A stretch of DNA of 64,000 nt from Actinomycetota bacterium (lineage in GTDB: Bacteria; Actinomycetota; Thermoleophilia; Solirubrobacterales; 70-9): assembly GCA_046730395.1 (NCBI GenBank), contig JBKPIV010000009.1, forward strand, positions 9,114-73,113, written 5' to 3'. The notes below the pieces were generated by a model that saw only the letters and a list, made by a program, of their open reading frames with translations, was not told where the DNA came from and searched no databases. Below are positions 63,644 to 64,000 of the stretch, piece by piece (positions within the stretch are counted from its first letter, which is position 1; each line of letters begins with the position of its first letter). Both the position numbers and the translations under genes were made by a program.

Positions 63644-64000
63644 ATGGCGCCTGTGACTGGGTCGGTTACCCACGGAGTTCGCAAGGCGTCCGCCGAGGAC
63701 ATTCCCAGCCTTGCCGAGGCGCTGGCGCGAGCCTTTCACGACGATCCGGGCTTCTCGCATCTGCTTCGCGATCCGGGCGATCGAACTGAGCGCCTGCGCA
63801 TGTTCTTCGACACCGAGCTTCGCGGCATCGGGGTCCCGTTCGGTCTCGCATGGACGACGGACGACGTGGTGGGTGGGGCGATCTGGCTGCCGCCCGATGC
63901 GTGGCGGGTGCCGGTCATGACCACGCTGCGCGAGCTGCCGCCGATGGCGAGCGTCTTCGGCAGGCGATTGGTGCTCGCGTTCCGGTCGCGCCTGCGGATG
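63644..64000 (+). CDS. GNAT-family N-acetyltransferase-like protein, 3' end outside the window
   Basis: I translated this ORF by hand. It is open to the window edge and so is absent from the track. MAPVTGSVTHGVRKASAEDIPSLAEALARAFHDDPGFSHLL...GGAIWLPP resembles N-terminal GNAT-fold proteins. GC3 is high. Confidence 0.4.
   Translation, partial: MAPVTGSVTHGVRKASAEDIPSLAEALARAFHDDPGFSHLLRDPGDRTERLRMFFDTELRGIGVPFGLAWTTDDVVGGAIWLPPDAWRVPVMTTLRELPPMASVFGRRLVLAFRSRLRM

Noticed and set aside
1-64000. Defence islands, prophage, IS elements, integrases, tRNA or rRNA genes, and CRISPR arrays.
   Set aside because: I found no transposase, integrase or Cas-like translation, no cloverleaf-sized conserved segment in any intergenic gap, and no regularly spaced direct repeats. 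The only mobile element supported is the RecG intein.

Overview
This is a very GC-rich bacterial chromosomal window that is almost fully coding. Gene order and protein motifs suggest an Actinomycetota-like organism, possibly Thermoleophilia or Rubrobacteria, but the taxon is inference only. Most of the window is conserved housekeeping sequence:
- A dcw cell-wall and division cluster (mraY, murD, ftsW, murG, murC, murB, ftsQ, ftsZ), abutted directly by the glycine cleavage genes gcvT, gcvH, gcvPA and gcvPB.
- A minus-strand Ku and LigD-polymerase NHEJ pair.
- trpS, scpA, scpB, a pseudouridine synthase and aroH.
- An aromatic amino acid block (hisC-like, DAHP synthase, tyrA, aroA), then mtnA and a class II aldolase.
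- cmk, der, metK, priA, def, fmt, rsmB and rpe.
- The riboflavin operon (ribD, ribE, ribBA, ribH), then rpmB and yloV.
- recG, rsmD and coaD.

Accessory genes are interspersed among these: a Tat-lipoprotein amidohydrolase, an ECF sigma factor with a beta-propeller partner, a FetAB-like exporter, MFS and MMPL transporters, an RCK channel and a MOP flippase. I found no rRNA, tRNA or CRISPR array, and no defence-island architecture.

The most notable observations are:
1. A 399-codon intein with an Ala1 start, a W-C-T signature (class 3 type) and a LAGLIDADG endonuclease. It splits the RecG Walker A loop, has lower GC than its flanks, and carries an extra HTH-like insert.
2. A possibly leaderless 29-codon upstream ORF ending F-Y-Y-W-R-F-S-stop, followed at once by a perfect 10-bp hairpin, in front of the DAHP synthase-tyrA-aroA operon. 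This is a candidate aromatic amino acid attenuator.
3. Three accessory genes (a CDF transporter, a class III cyclase and a GST-like gene), each disrupted by what looks like a single extra nucleotide in a simple run. One of them lies antisense inside the dcw cluster.
4. A structured, lower-GC spacer between fetA and fetB.
5. Several -10-like hexamers 6-11 nt upstream of start codons, which suggests leaderless transcripts.

All homology calls rest on motif recognition by eye from the supplied translations. No database search was run.
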